Below are positions 9,133 through 19,148 of a stretch of 64,000 bases of DNA, in pieces (the first letter of the stretch is position 1; each line of letters begins with the position of its first letter). Position numbers and translations under genes: made by a program. A model generated the notes under the pieces. That model searched no databases, was not told the DNA's origin, and worked only from the letters and a program-made list of their open reading frames with translations. This DNA comes from Polyangiales bacterium (lineage in GTDB: Bacteria > Myxococcota_A > Polyangia > Polyangiales > Polyangiaceae). Location: the NCBI GenBank assembly GCA_038230375.1, contig JBBRNJ010000027.1:1-64000 (forward strand), written 5' to 3'.

Positions 9133-10275
9133 CTAGGTCGCAAGCGCGTTGTCGGTTTTCTTCGCGAATAGCAGCCCGACGCCAAGGAAGATCTCGGGGC
9201 AGGCGAGCACGTCCACCGTGAGGCCGGCGGCGAGCGCGAAGAACACCAGGCCGACAAAGGGCGGCCTTTGGCCTCGCGCGGCGCGCAGCGCGAGGATCGC
9301 GAGCAGCAAGATGACGAGCATCCCCGGGAGCCCGGCGGCGCCGGCATAACCCAGATAGGACGTGCGCGCGGGTGCCGTGACGAGCCCCGCGCCGACCAGA
9401 GGGTGCGCCGCGAACGCGCTCGCGGCCTCGCGATTGAGCGCGACGTAGGGCGACGTCACCAGGCTCACGAACGGCGACTCGCCCGACAGCGGCACGAGCT
9501 TCACGCGTGTGCTCGCGTAGTAGACCGCGGTGGCGCACGCTGCGAGCGCGGCGAACACCTGCCTTCGCATCTCCTGCGATGCGAGCGCGAAGAGCGCGAA
9601 CGTCGCCGTCAGCACCGCGAGTGACGCGTGGCTCCACGCACCCACGAGCCCCACGCCCAGCAGCGCGACGATGGGCGCGCGGATCTTCTCCGGGACCGCG
9701 TCCGTGAAGAGCGCGAGCACCAGCCCGACGACGACGCACGCCGTGAGCCTGTCAGGCGTCTCCGAGGCGCCGATGAGGCGAGGCGCATGGACCGCGCCGC
9801 CTTCGCCACTGGCGCGCGAGACCACAGCGAAGATGAGCGCCAGGATCACGTTCCCGCACGTGCCGAGCACCATGGCCGCTGCGATCACCCCGCCGCGCCC
9901 CACGCGTGACGCATGTGCGCCCACGAAGAAGAGCAGCGCGACGGCCGTGAGCGAGAAGAGATGCACGGCGGCCCATCCACGCGAGCTGCCCAGAAGCACG
10001 GACGGCAAGAGGCCGAACAGGACGAGCCCCACGGGGGACAGCAGCGATAGGCTGCGCCGCAGCGTTTTGCCCCATGTGGACACTGCGCCAAGGAGGACCA
10101 CGAGCGTCAGGAGGTAGAAGATGAGGCCAGGCCCCAGGCCCACGACGCCGTTCAGCGTGTGCAGGGGCACGAACGCTCCGAAGAGCAGGAGAACGCCGTT
10201 GCGCCAGTCCTTCAAGACTTTCCTCCCTGCGGTCGGGCGTCTTGCACAAGGTCCTCGTCCCTCGGACTCGTCCAC
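9133..10275 (-). CDS. Polytopic membrane protein, O-antigen ligase/Wzy-like (start uncertain)
   Basis: About 11 hydrophobic segments; PRLIG..ETPD, AWSHAS, AFAAHPLVGAG and AAGLPG patterns resemble Wzy_C proteins. Confidence 0.55.
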   Translation of the reverse strand: MDESEGRGPCARRPTAGRKVLKDWRNGVLLLFGAFVPLHTLNGVVGLGPGLIFYLLTLVVLLGAVSTWGKTLRRSLSLLSPVGLVLFGLLPSVLLGSSRGWAAVHLFSLTAVALLFFVGAHASRVGRGGVIAAAMVLGTCGNVILALIFAVVSRASGEGGAVHAPRLIGASETPDRLTACVVVGLVLALFTDAVPEKIRAPIVALLGVGLVGAWSHASLAVLTATFALFALASQEMRRQVFAALAACATAVYYASTRVKLVPLSGESPFVSLVTSPYVALNREAASAFAAHPLVGAGLVTAPARTSYLGYAGAAGLPGMLVILLLAILALRAARGQRPPFVGLVFFALAAGLTVDVLACPEIFLGVGLLFAKKTDNALAT

Positions 10276-10279
10276 ATGT

Positions 10280-11512
10280 TCATTCGGTGAGCGCGACCGC
10301 GGCGTGGCTCACGATGGAGCCCTCCTCCGGATCGACCGTCTGCTCATAGTGGAGCAGCTCACCTTGTCGTGCCCCGGCGACGCGGAGCAGCGAGTAGATG
10401 GGCCCGAGACCACATACGCGCCGGGTCTCCAGATCGCCGCTGACGTGTGCCCAGAACGCGCTGGCGTCACCCGTGAGCGCGTGGTCGAGCGACGTGCGAT
10501 CGATCTCGTCGAGCGTCTTTCGCTGACCCTTGTCATACGGGCGCGGATCGCCGAAGCGAGGGCCGACGTGCGCCAGGTCCGCGCCCGCGACGACGATGGC
10601 AGACGTCTCTTCGACCACGCGCCGCACGGCGGACAGCAGCTTCTCGACGCTCTTGCTGGTGGCCGGGTCCTTGCCGCTCTGCTGGTTGTCGCCGAGACCG
10701 GCGAGGATCGGGATGATGCGGAATGGGCGCTCGCCCATGATGTGGCGCAGGAAGACCGCCTGGAACTCGATCGAGTGTTCTCGCTTGTGGTTCAGGCGGT
10801 CACGGTACACGTTGAAGTCCGCCGCGGCCGCGATCTGGTCGATGTGAGCAGTGTCGCAGGGCACGGCGCCGAGCGGTGTGTCGAAGCCCTTTCGCAGCAG
10901 GGCGAACGGCTCGCGCATGGGCGCGTGCGACGTGCCGAACACCACGAACGTATCCACGTCCTTCGGGAGCGCGCGCGCCAGGTGACCGTACGCGTGGCCG
11001 TAGCAGAGCGCGCCGCGCCACGGATCGATGTGCGGCGAGATGAGCGCGCGCAACGTCCCCGCCTTCTTTCTTTGCTTTGGGCGGGCCGCCGCGCGCAGGC
11101 ATTCCTGATCAATGTAGGATGCAAGCTTTTTCGGGTCCGCGTGGTACGCGCCGCCGGCGTGGGACGCGGGGCGCAAGGGGCTCTCCTCGAACGCGCGCTC
11201 CACGGCTGCCTTGGCCTTGCGATACGCGGGCCCGTCGCAGAAGAGCGCCTGCTCGAGCTCCGTCGCGATCTTCACGACGAGCGACACCGGGACGTCCTGC
11301 CCGGCCTCCGAGCTCACCTCGCGTGCGATCTCCGCGCACGTGGTGCGGCCGGTCATGCGCGCCACGATCGGCACGAGCGGGCGCGGGATGCGCACGTGTC
11401 CTTCCTGGATGCCTTCGGTGTCGCGCAGCATGAGCACGCTCCCCAGCTCGTCGTCGGGGACGATGATCGCCTCTATGGGGCGGAGCTTGGGCTTGGAGTT
11501 GCTCTGGGCCAC
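10280..11512 (-). CDS. amrB: AmmeMemoRadiSam system protein B (MEMO1 family) with N-terminal extension
   Basis: RPASHAGGAY, ISPHID, FGTSH, HKREHSIEFQ, GADLAHVGPRFGD, RVCGLGP motifs. Confidence 0.88.
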   Translation of the reverse strand: MAQSNSKPKLRPIEAIIVPDDELGSVLMLRDTEGIQEGHVRIPRPLVPIVARMTGRTTCAEIAREVSSEAGQDVPVSLVVKIATELEQALFCDGPAYRKAKAAVERAFEESPLRPASHAGGAYHADPKKLASYIDQECLRAAARPKQRKKAGTLRALISPHIDPWRGALCYGHAYGHLARALPKDVDTFVVFGTSHAPMREPFALLRKGFDTPLGAVPCDTAHIDQIAAAADFNVYRDRLNHKREHSIEFQAVFLRHIMGERPFRIIPILAGLGDNQQSGKDPATSKSVEKLLSAVRRVVEETSAIVVAGADLAHVGPRFGDPRPYDKGQRKTLDEIDRTSLDHALTGDASAFWAHVSGDLETRRVCGLGPIYSLLRVAGARQGELLHYEQTVDPEEGSIVSHAAVALTE

Positions 11513-11549
11513 GCGGAGGGTTCCTCGGCTATGCTGTTATCCGTAGCAC

Positions 11550-12044
11550 ATGCCTCCGACGTTTCGTTCCAAACCCACGCCCGAGCAGCGGGCGGAGCTT
11601 GCGGCGCTCTACGCGGAGACGGACGCGCTGATGGCGCCCATGAGCTGCGACGCATCCACGGACTGCTGCCGCTTTGGCGTGACCGGCCGGGAGCCCTATC
11701 CCACCGCCATCGAGGCCGCGGAGCTCCTGCGGGCCTTCGCCGCCACCGGAAAACGCATGCAGACTACACCGAACGCAAACGCGGGCGGCCCAGGCAAGAA
11801 GGGCAAGAAGAGGGCCCTTCCCATGGCGGGCGACGAGCGCCGATGCCCCATGCTCTCCGACAAGGGGCGCTGCATTGCCTACGCATCACGCCCCTTCGGC
11901 TGCCGCACGTTCTTCTGCGATCGTGCACAGGGTGAGGAGCCCACCCGAGCAAGCATCAACGAGCTGGGTCGCCGCATCGCAGACCTCTCCGCGCGCTACG
12001 ACCCAAGGGATCCAGGTCCCCGCCCGCTCACCAGACTCTTCTGA
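11550..12044 (+). CDS. YkgJ-family cysteine-cluster protein
   Basis: SC...DCC, RCPML...GRCIAYASRPFGCRTFFC. Confidence 0.85.
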   Translation: MPPTFRSKPTPEQRAELAALYAETDALMAPMSCDASTDCCRFGVTGREPYPTAIEAAELLRAFAATGKRMQTTPNANAGGPGKKGKKRALPMAGDERRCPMLSDKGRCIAYASRPFGCRTFFCDRAQGEEPTRASINELGRRIADLSARYDPRDPGPRPLTRLF

Positions 12045-12045
12045 C

Positions 12046-13584
12046 TCAGGGGCCCCAGAAGGGCGGCGCGGCGACCATGCCTCCGCCCGCCGGCGTGGTG
12101 ATCACCGGCAGCAGCGCCTGGTCTGCGTTGACGATGTCGTTCGTGAGGAAGAGGCGCGCGTTGCCCGTGCTCGTGGCACCGACGTCACTCGTGAACGCCA
12201 CGCGCGTGCTGGCGAGCGACCACGAGATCCACTTTGCGTCGCGCCCGCTCGTCACCTTGAAGAGGCGCACGGGCGTGCTGTTCGCCTGGTTTGCGACCAC
12301 GAAGAGCTCGTAGTCGGCGTTGGGTGCCTGGTAGTCCGCCACGAAGGCGATCTTGGTGCCATCCGGCGAGAACACCATGGGCTTCGCGAAGTCCGGGTTC
12401 GGTGTCGGGTTGGCTGCATTGTACACGTATCCCGCCGGCAGGATCGCGGTGGTCGCGCCGCCGCCCGCGGGGAGCGTGTAGAGCGCGTAGGGGTATGCGC
12501 CCGCCGCGTCCGTGATGGAGGCGACCAGCGTGTTGCCATCCGGCGAGATGCCGAAGCTGCCGACCTGCTCCGCGTTCGTGAGCGTTCCCGGGACCACGCT
12601 CTTTCCGGCGGCGACGGTGGCCATGTACAGGCGGAACGCGCTGGCCGCGCCGTCGGTGCCAAGGCTGGAGGTGAAGTAGAGCCGGCCCCCTGCGTCCCAC
12701 GCGATCGGATTCACGACGCCCACGGGGCCGCCGCTCGGCACGCCCGCCTCCGCCGTGCTCACGATCTCCGTGAGCGTCGTGGTGACGGTGTCGTAGATCC
12801 AGAGCTGGAAGACGTTGTCCACCAGGTAGTCGCCCGTGATCGCCACGTAGCGGCTGTCGCGCGAGAAGACCACCTGATCGGAGTTGAGCTTGGTCGCGAC
12901 CCCGGCGCCGCGCATGGGGCTTACCAGGACCTGCGGCGTGCCGCCTGCGGTCGCGACCAGGTACACGTCCTTTGCGCCGGCGGTGACGTCGTCGGACACG
13001 AACGCGACCTTCGTTGCATCCGGCGAGTAGTGAGCAAGTGACACGGAGCGACCGCCGTTCGTCAGCGCGACCAGCAGGCCTGCGCCGGACCCGTTTGCGC
13101 TCGCCGTGCGGAGATCGTATCGGCCCTTCACCGTGGCATCCGACGCGTAGACGATCTTCGCGCCATTCGATGCAACGTCGAACGCAGTGACGTCCACGCC
13201 GCCGAGCGGGAGCACGTTCTCCACCACCGTCGGGAACACCAGCCGGCCCGCATTGCTCACGCCGTTCGACACGAAGCGGCCGTAGTGGAACAGCTGACCG
13301 GTGAGGCCCGACGCGTCCGGGACGTTGCCCGCCGTGGCGTCGATGACCACGAGCCCTGCGTCGCCGGAGTCCACGGCGAACACCGTGCCGTCCAGGGCCT
13401 GGCCGCTGTCGCTCTCGCTGCCTGCGTCATCGAAGCTGCTGCCATCCACGCCGAACACGCTCGCGTCCTGGTCTTGCGCACCGGAGTCGGTGTCGGTTCC
13501 GCCGGGTGTCGTGGAGTCGTCGCTGCACGCGTACGCGAATGCAGACACGGAGACGGCCAGGAAGACGATGATGCTGCGTTTCAT
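12046..13584 (-). CDS. Lipoprotein with TolB-like/PD40 beta-propeller
   Basis: MKRSIIVFLAVSVSAFAYA-C; repeated YSPDATKVAFVSD, FSRDSRYVAI, ISPDGNTL, FSPDGTKIAFVAD. Confidence 0.82.
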   Translation of the reverse strand: MKRSIIVFLAVSVSAFAYACSDDSTTPGGTDTDSGAQDQDASVFGVDGSSFDDAGSESDSGQALDGTVFAVDSGDAGLVVIDATAGNVPDASGLTGQLFHYGRFVSNGVSNAGRLVFPTVVENVLPLGGVDVTAFDVASNGAKIVYASDATVKGRYDLRTASANGSGAGLLVALTNGGRSVSLAHYSPDATKVAFVSDDVTAGAKDVYLVATAGGTPQVLVSPMRGAGVATKLNSDQVVFSRDSRYVAITGDYLVDNVFQLWIYDTVTTTLTEIVSTAEAGVPSGGPVGVVNPIAWDAGGRLYFTSSLGTDGAASAFRLYMATVAAGKSVVPGTLTNAEQVGSFGISPDGNTLVASITDAAGAYPYALYTLPAGGGATTAILPAGYVYNAANPTPNPDFAKPMVFSPDGTKIAFVADYQAPNADYELFVVANQANSTPVRLFKVTSGRDAKWISWSLASTRVAFTSDVGATSTGNARLFLTNDIVNADQALLPVITTPAGGGMVAAPPFWGP

Positions 13585-13651
13585 GGCGGGTCTCATACCG
13601 CGACGGAAGACGGATTTCTATGGGGGAAAATGGTGCTAGCGTGGGCGCGTT

Positions 13652-15853
13652 TTGCGGGAGAAATTGCGGCAAATCTGGAGACTGGTCGCGTTTCCGCCAG
13701 TCACGGGGGCACTTTACCTGCTCGTCCTGGCCGGGCGGGCGGGCTCGCGCTCGGACGCCGACGACACGGACATCGGCGGCGGCGCGCGCGCAGACGCGGT
13801 CCACGCGTTCATCGAGAAGCGCTACGCAGCGGATGTTCGCAAGGTCGCTGTTGCCATCTCGGCGACCGCGCTGGCGATCGGGATCGGCCTTGGCCTCCTT
13901 GCATGGCTGCTGCTCTGGCTCAGGAACCGGCCACGCAAGACACCGTGGGGCCGCACGGTGGAGTCGCTCGCGCTCGTGGCGCTGCTGCATGCGTCGTTCT
14001 TTGCCTATGGGATGGCCAAGGCGCCGCAGCTCTACGCCGCCAAGTTCTACGCCCAGGGGGGGCTGCTGCGGCTCGCGCAGGTGCTGGCCACGGACACGTT
14101 CGGTCGCACCGGCATCATCGTGGTCAGCGTGGTGCTCGCGCTCCTGTACGTGTCGCCATCGCTCTTCTCTCGGCTGCGTGCGCTCGTCAGCTCCGTGAAG
14201 GGACGCCTCGTGCGCACGCTGTCCCCAGCATCCACGGCCACGGTTGTACTCCTTCTTCTCGGCGGCGGGTCGTGGGTCGGGCTCTCGGACGGACGCGTGG
14301 CGGAGCTCGCGCCCATGACCGCTGCCCTTGACGTGCGGCCCGCGTACGCAGCCGGAGAGAAGCGGCGGCCCAACGTGCTCATCCTCGCCGCGGACTCGCT
14401 CCGGAACGACCACGTGGTGCCGCGCACCATGCCAAACCTCACGCGCTACGCAGACAACTCGGCCCGCTTCACGCGCGCGTACGTGTCGCTGCCGCGCACG
14501 TTCTCCTCGTGGGTGACGCTGCTCACGGGGCGCTACGCGTACCATCACGGCGTGCGCTCCATGTTCCCGCGCTGGGAGGATCGCGCGAAGGACATGGACG
14601 CGCTCCCGGAGCGTCTTGCGCGTGAGGGCTACCAGACCGCCGTTGTCAGCGACTACGCAGGTGACATCTTCGGACGCGTGGACCTTGGATTCCAGGTGAC
14701 GGAGACGCCCGGCTTCGACTTCCGCACGCTGGTTCGTCAGCGCGCCATCGAGCGCGAGACCCCGCTGCTCCCGTTCCTGCACGGCCGCTTCGGACGGCGC
14801 CTCTTCCCGGTCCTGCGCGAGCTGAACGACGCAGCGGATCCGCAGATGCTCGCAGGCGACGTGACAGACGCGCTCCGCCGCATGCGGGACACGCTTCGTG
14901 ATCCCCGACGGGCGGACAAGCCCTTCTTTCTCACCGTGTTCTTCTCCACGGCGCACTTCCCGTATGCCGCGCCCGCGCCGTACTACGGCAAGTTCGCGTC
15001 CGAGAAATACCGGGGAAGATACAAGTATCACAAGCCCGTCGGCCTGGCGCACGACCTCCCGCCCGACGCCGAGGACAAGGCGCAGATCCGCGCGCTCTAT
15101 GACGGCGCTACCAACGCGATCGACGACGCCATGCAGTCCGTGCTGACGGAGCTTTCGCGGCTCGGCCTTGCGGACGATACGATCGTGGTCGTGACAGCGG
15201 ACCACGGCGAGGCGCTCTTCGAGGACGGTCACGGACAGGGCCACGGCGATCACCTGTTCGGCGATCAAGGCACGCACGTCCCGCTCATCATCCACGACCC
15301 GCATGCGAAGAGACATCCCCTGGTCGACGGCATCGTGCGCGACGTGGATGTGGCCCCCACGCTCTACGAGATGCTCGGCGTTGCGCCACCACCGGACCTC
15401 GACGGCCTGTCGCTCGCAGGGGCGGTGTCCAGGGACGACTCGCTCTCGCCGCGCACCGCATTCGCAGAGAGCGAGCTCTGGTTCACGGAGGAGATCGACT
15501 CGCTGCCGCCCACCATGCGCATGCCGTATCCAGGCATCTTCGGGCTCACGGAGATCGACTCGCAGCATGGCGACGAGATCGTTCTCCGCAAGAACATGGT
15601 GGGGCTCACCACCATGGCGCGCCACCGCATGGCCAGGGATCAGAGGTGGAAGCTGGTCTACATCCCCACGCGAGAAGGTGTAAAGTACATGTTGTTTGAC
15701 ACCGTGAACGATCCCTCGGAGCTCGTCGACGTGTCCTTTTCGTACCCGGACATCGTGAACAGGATGAAGGCGGACCTGATCGGGTGGATGCTGCGCGAGC
15801 CCGGCTCCAAGGTCGTCTCGGGATTTGTCTTCCCGCCCGAGGTGACGCCGTGA
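13652..15853 (+). CDS. Membrane-anchored sulfatase/alkaline-phosphatase-superfamily protein
   Basis: N-terminal TMs; RPNVLILAADSLR, PRTFSSWVTLLTG, AHFPY, TADHGE, GHG, HVPLII, DVAPTL. Confidence 0.85.
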   Translation: MREKLRQIWRLVAFPPVTGALYLLVLAGRAGSRSDADDTDIGGGARADAVHAFIEKRYAADVRKVAVAISATALAIGIGLGLLAWLLLWLRNRPRKTPWGRTVESLALVALLHASFFAYGMAKAPQLYAAKFYAQGGLLRLAQVLATDTFGRTGIIVVSVVLALLYVSPSLFSRLRALVSSVKGRLVRTLSPASTATVVLLLLGGGSWVGLSDGRVAELAPMTAALDVRPAYAAGEKRRPNVLILAADSLRNDHVVPRTMPNLTRYADNSARFTRAYVSLPRTFSSWVTLLTGRYAYHHGVRSMFPRWEDRAKDMDALPERLAREGYQTAVVSDYAGDIFGRVDLGFQVTETPGFDFRTLVRQRAIERETPLLPFLHGRFGRRLFPVLRELNDAADPQMLAGDVTDALRRMRDTLRDPRRADKPFFLTVFFSTAHFPYAAPAPYYGKFASEKYRGRYKYHKPVGLAHDLPPDAEDKAQIRALYDGATNAIDDAMQSVLTELSRLGLADDTIVVVTADHGEALFEDGHGQGHGDHLFGDQGTHVPLIIHDPHAKRHPLVDGIVRDVDVAPTLYEMLGVAPPPDLDGLSLAGAVSRDDSLSPRTAFAESELWFTEEIDSLPPTMRMPYPGIFGLTEIDSQHGDEIVLRKNMVGLTTMARHRMARDQRWKLVYIPTREGVKYMLFDTVNDPSELVDVSFSYPDIVNRMKADLIGWMLREPGSKVVSGFVFPPEVTP

Positions 15854-18495
15854 CGGCAAAGCTCAGGCTGCGCCCGCCGATCGTCCTGCTCGGCACCGCT
15901 GCGCTGCTGCCGGCGCTCTCAATCGTGGCGTGGGCTTACGGGGGCGGGAAGGACCGCCTGCCGGACCCGCCGCGGCCAGCGAGCGCGTCCAGCGCACCCG
16001 CGTCGGCGCCCGTCGGCTCCGCAAAGGGGCCGACAGCAGCCCCCGCGCAGGCCGGCGCCGTCTACGTGCAGGCCATGCGCCTGGTGGAAAAGATGCAGGA
16101 TGCACGCATTGACACGAAGGCGCTGCCGGCCGGGCGTGCGGTGCTCGGTCAGCACTGGCGGAAGATGCGGGCGCCGTGGTTCTCGATCCCGGCGACGGAC
16201 GCGGGCAGGCTGGTCACCTCGATCGCGCTGCGCACCAGCGAGACGGAGACGCAGTGGGCCGCCCCCACTGGCCCCGGCACCGCGTGGAAGCCAGAGGCGC
16301 GTGTCTGGAACATGAACGAGGGCAGCTACGATCAGCGCGAGGCGATCGCCACGCCCACGCCCAGTACCGTCACGTTCCACCTGGAGCTGCCCGCGGGCGC
16401 GATCTTCTCGTTCACGCCAGGCAGCGTGAACTCCAACGGCGAGATGGCCGTGATGTCCGTCTTCGTGACCGACGCGCACAGCACGCGCAAGAAGGTCGGC
16501 AGGGCGCAGCTCATGCCGGCGCTCGCGGGCAAGTGGGGTGAAGAGACGCGGATCGATCTGTCCGCGTACGCAGGGCAGACCGTCGATCTCGAGCTCCTCA
16601 CCGAGGCGCCGGCAAAGCACGACGGGGAGACCATCGCCACGCTCGTTGGCCTCTGGGGGAACCCCGTCATCCTGAAGAAGGAGATCGCGAAGGTCCCGTA
16701 CAACGTGCTGTTCGTCGTGGTCGACGCGCTGCGGCCCGACGTGCTCGCCAGCTTCCACGAGCAAGACGACGACGATCGCAAGGCCCACGCGAAGCGCCCG
16801 CCGCTGGAGACGCAGCTGCCCAAGGTGCCGGGGCTCATGCCCGTGCTCGACGACCTTGCAAGGAAGAGCGTCATCTTCACGCACGCGTACTCCGGCGGCG
16901 CGTGGACGCGGCCCGGCACGCTCGCGATGCTTGCCGGCGCGCGCTCGTCGGAGCTTGGCATCTCGACGTTGCCCTGGGTCTTGCCGGACCAGGAGGTGTC
17001 TCGCTTCTACGCGAGCAAGCCGCCGCTGCTTCCGGTCCTCATGCGCGCAGAGGGCGTCACCACGCGCGCGTTCGTGAACAACTACTTCATGGTGGGCTAC
17101 GCGCCCGTCGGCGTGGACATGGGCTTCGAGCGCGTGGACGACCATCGCTACCGCGCCCGCGACACCGAGGAGATCACGAAGGACGCCGTCGCGTGGCTCA
17201 AGGCGAACGCGGACACGCGCTTCTTCACGTTCGTGAACTACAACTCCCCGCACGAGCCGTGGGAGCCGCCGCAGAAGATGCAGAAGCGCGTTCCCGCCGC
17301 GCCCGACGGCCCCGAGGATCGCATCAGCCGCCTGTACATGGCCGAAGCCGGCAAGGACGACGAGGCGATCGGCACGCTGCTCCAGACCCTGGAAGACCTG
17401 AAGATCGCAGACCACACGATCATCGTGGTCACCGCGGACCACGGCGAGACCCTGTCCTCCGCACACACCGGCATCGGCCTGGACAAGATGCAGATCCGCT
17501 ACCACCACGCGGCGTCCAACTACGAGGAGACCACCAAGGTCCCCATCCTCATCCGCGCGCCGGGCCTCTTGCCGGCTGGCGTCCGCGTGTCGGACCGCAT
17601 CCGCAACGTGGACATCGCGCCCACGCTCCTGGAGCTGCTCGGCGTGGACGGCGGCGCATCTGCCGCGCGCATGACAGGCAAGAGCCTCGTGGGCCTCGCG
17701 AAGGGACAGAAGGACGCGGACCCCCGCCTTGTCATCAGCGAGGGCCGCGGCACGCGCGGCATCATCTGGGATCACTACCGCCTGATCCTGCGCGAGAACC
17801 AGGTCGTCGCGGGCGGTGAGAAGGCGGAGGAGCTCTTCGACCTTGCCGACGATCCGGGCGAGCGCAACAACATCGCGCCGCGCTCGCGCGACATCGTCCA
17901 GGAGCTCCGCGCGCGCTTCGACGCGGCGCAGAAGAACGTGCCCATCGCCGGCTCCAAGGAGGCGAAGGGCGAAGGGCCGAAGGCGCCCGGGGACGATACG
18001 GGCGCGGTGCACCTGCGATTTGCGGGCGGCGGCGCGCCCCACCGCATCTCCGGAAAGATCACGACCACCGGGCGCCTCGTCGCCACGGCTTTCCCTGCGG
18101 ACGGGACACTGCAGAAGTCGACAGAGCACGAGGTGGAGATCGCGCTCATGACCGCCCAGGACATGGCCGTGGGCCTGGACCTGGCCGTGACTCCACCGCA
18201 TGCGCCGCTGACGTGGCAGCTCTATCTGGACGACGCGCCGTTCCTGGACTCACGCGTGTTCGCGGGGCCGTACGGCCTTGTCGCGAAGGACATGGTGCTG
18301 GGCATCAGCACGGAGGACGCGCGCGCGCGGGCCCAGGCCGACGACATGCCCCTCATCGATCCACGCCGCGATTTTGGCCTCTTCGTCACGCGGGAGAAGA
18401 AGGGCAGCACGAACCTCTCCGTCCGCGACGAGCTCACGGGAGAAGGCGCCGAAGAAATGAATCGCCTGCTACGAGAGTGGGGCTACGCCAAGTAA
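15850..18495 (+). CDS. Membrane-anchored sulfatase/alkaline-phosphatase-superfamily protein
   Basis: GTG overlaps the upstream TGA (GTGA); NVLFVVVDALRPD, WTRPG, SPHEPW, TADHGE, DIAPTLL, ELFDLADDPGE. Confidence 0.85.
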   Translation: MTAKLRLRPPIVLLGTAALLPALSIVAWAYGGGKDRLPDPPRPASASSAPASAPVGSAKGPTAAPAQAGAVYVQAMRLVEKMQDARIDTKALPAGRAVLGQHWRKMRAPWFSIPATDAGRLVTSIALRTSETETQWAAPTGPGTAWKPEARVWNMNEGSYDQREAIATPTPSTVTFHLELPAGAIFSFTPGSVNSNGEMAVMSVFVTDAHSTRKKVGRAQLMPALAGKWGEETRIDLSAYAGQTVDLELLTEAPAKHDGETIATLVGLWGNPVILKKEIAKVPYNVLFVVVDALRPDVLASFHEQDDDDRKAHAKRPPLETQLPKVPGLMPVLDDLARKSVIFTHAYSGGAWTRPGTLAMLAGARSSELGISTLPWVLPDQEVSRFYASKPPLLPVLMRAEGVTTRAFVNNYFMVGYAPVGVDMGFERVDDHRYRARDTEEITKDAVAWLKANADTRFFTFVNYNSPHEPWEPPQKMQKRVPAAPDGPEDRISRLYMAEAGKDDEAIGTLLQTLEDLKIADHTIIVVTADHGETLSSAHTGIGLDKMQIRYHHAASNYEETTKVPILIRAPGLLPAGVRVSDRIRNVDIAPTLLELLGVDGGASAARMTGKSLVGLAKGQKDADPRLVISEGRGTRGIIWDHYRLILRENQVVAGGEKAEELFDLADDPGERNNIAPRSRDIVQELRARFDAAQKNVPIAGSKEAKGEGPKAPGDDTGAVHLRFAGGGAPHRISGKITTTGRLVATAFPADGTLQKSTEHEVEIALMTAQDMAVGLDLAVTPPHAPLTWQLYLDDAPFLDSRVFAGPYGLVAKDMVLGISTEDARARAQADDMPLIDPRRDFGLFVTREKKGSTNLSVRDELTGEGAEEMNRLLREWGYAK

Positions 18496-18542
18496 CGCAC
18501 GCGCCTCAGCTGCCATCCAGCTTGCCGTGCTCGCGGCAGGTC

Positions 18543-19148
18543 TCAGTCGCCGCCTGCATCCACAGGCCCGTCCACGACGATCGTGCCGAGCATGAAGCTG
18601 TGGGTGGCGCACTCGTAGGGGAAGGCGCCGCTGCTGGGGAAGGCGATGGTGACCGTGGAACCGGCGCCACCGCCCGAGTCAACCGCACCGGTGATGTCAA
18701 TCGGGTTTGGCGTGTCGCCGCCAGCAGAAGCCATCAGCGGATGAGTCGCAAAGCTCGATGAGATCCACGTCACCGTGGCGCCAGCGGAGATCTTGCTGCA
18801 GTGGTCGGGGTCGTCTGCGACGCTGAGGCCCCAGGGGAGGTTCACGTTCGCGGCGCCGCGGTGATCGACGTAGTTGGTGCAGTTGTTCAATGCTGGCCCG
18901 GCCTCCGACGGAAAACCGGCGTCGGCGATGCCTGTATCTTGCACGTTTCCGTCGGTGCTGCCGTCCGCGATCGGGCCGCCATCCGTCGCCGGGGAACCCA
19001 GACCGGAGTCACGGTTCGCGGCGTTCTGCGGAGAGGCGGCGTCGCCCGTGTCACAGCCATAGAGCGCGCCGACGCCCAGAAGGCCCAGCGCGCCCAGCGA
19101 GATGCTCGCGGCCGCGACAACGAACGCGCGTGTGGTTCTCGGCTTCAC
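18543..19148 (-). CDS. Cupredoxin (type-1 copper) lipoprotein
   Basis: LYG-C lipobox; THPL His and YECATHSFM (C-x2-H-x2-M); GTG overlaps the upstream stop. Confidence 0.82.
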   Translation of the reverse strand: MKPRTTRAFVVAAASISLGALGLLGVGALYGCDTGDAASPQNAANRDSGLGSPATDGGPIADGSTDGNVQDTGIADAGFPSEAGPALNNCTNYVDHRGAANVNLPWGLSVADDPDHCSKISAGATVTWISSSFATHPLMASAGGDTPNPIDITGAVDSGGGAGSTVTIAFPSSGAFPYECATHSFMLGTIVVDGPVDAGGD

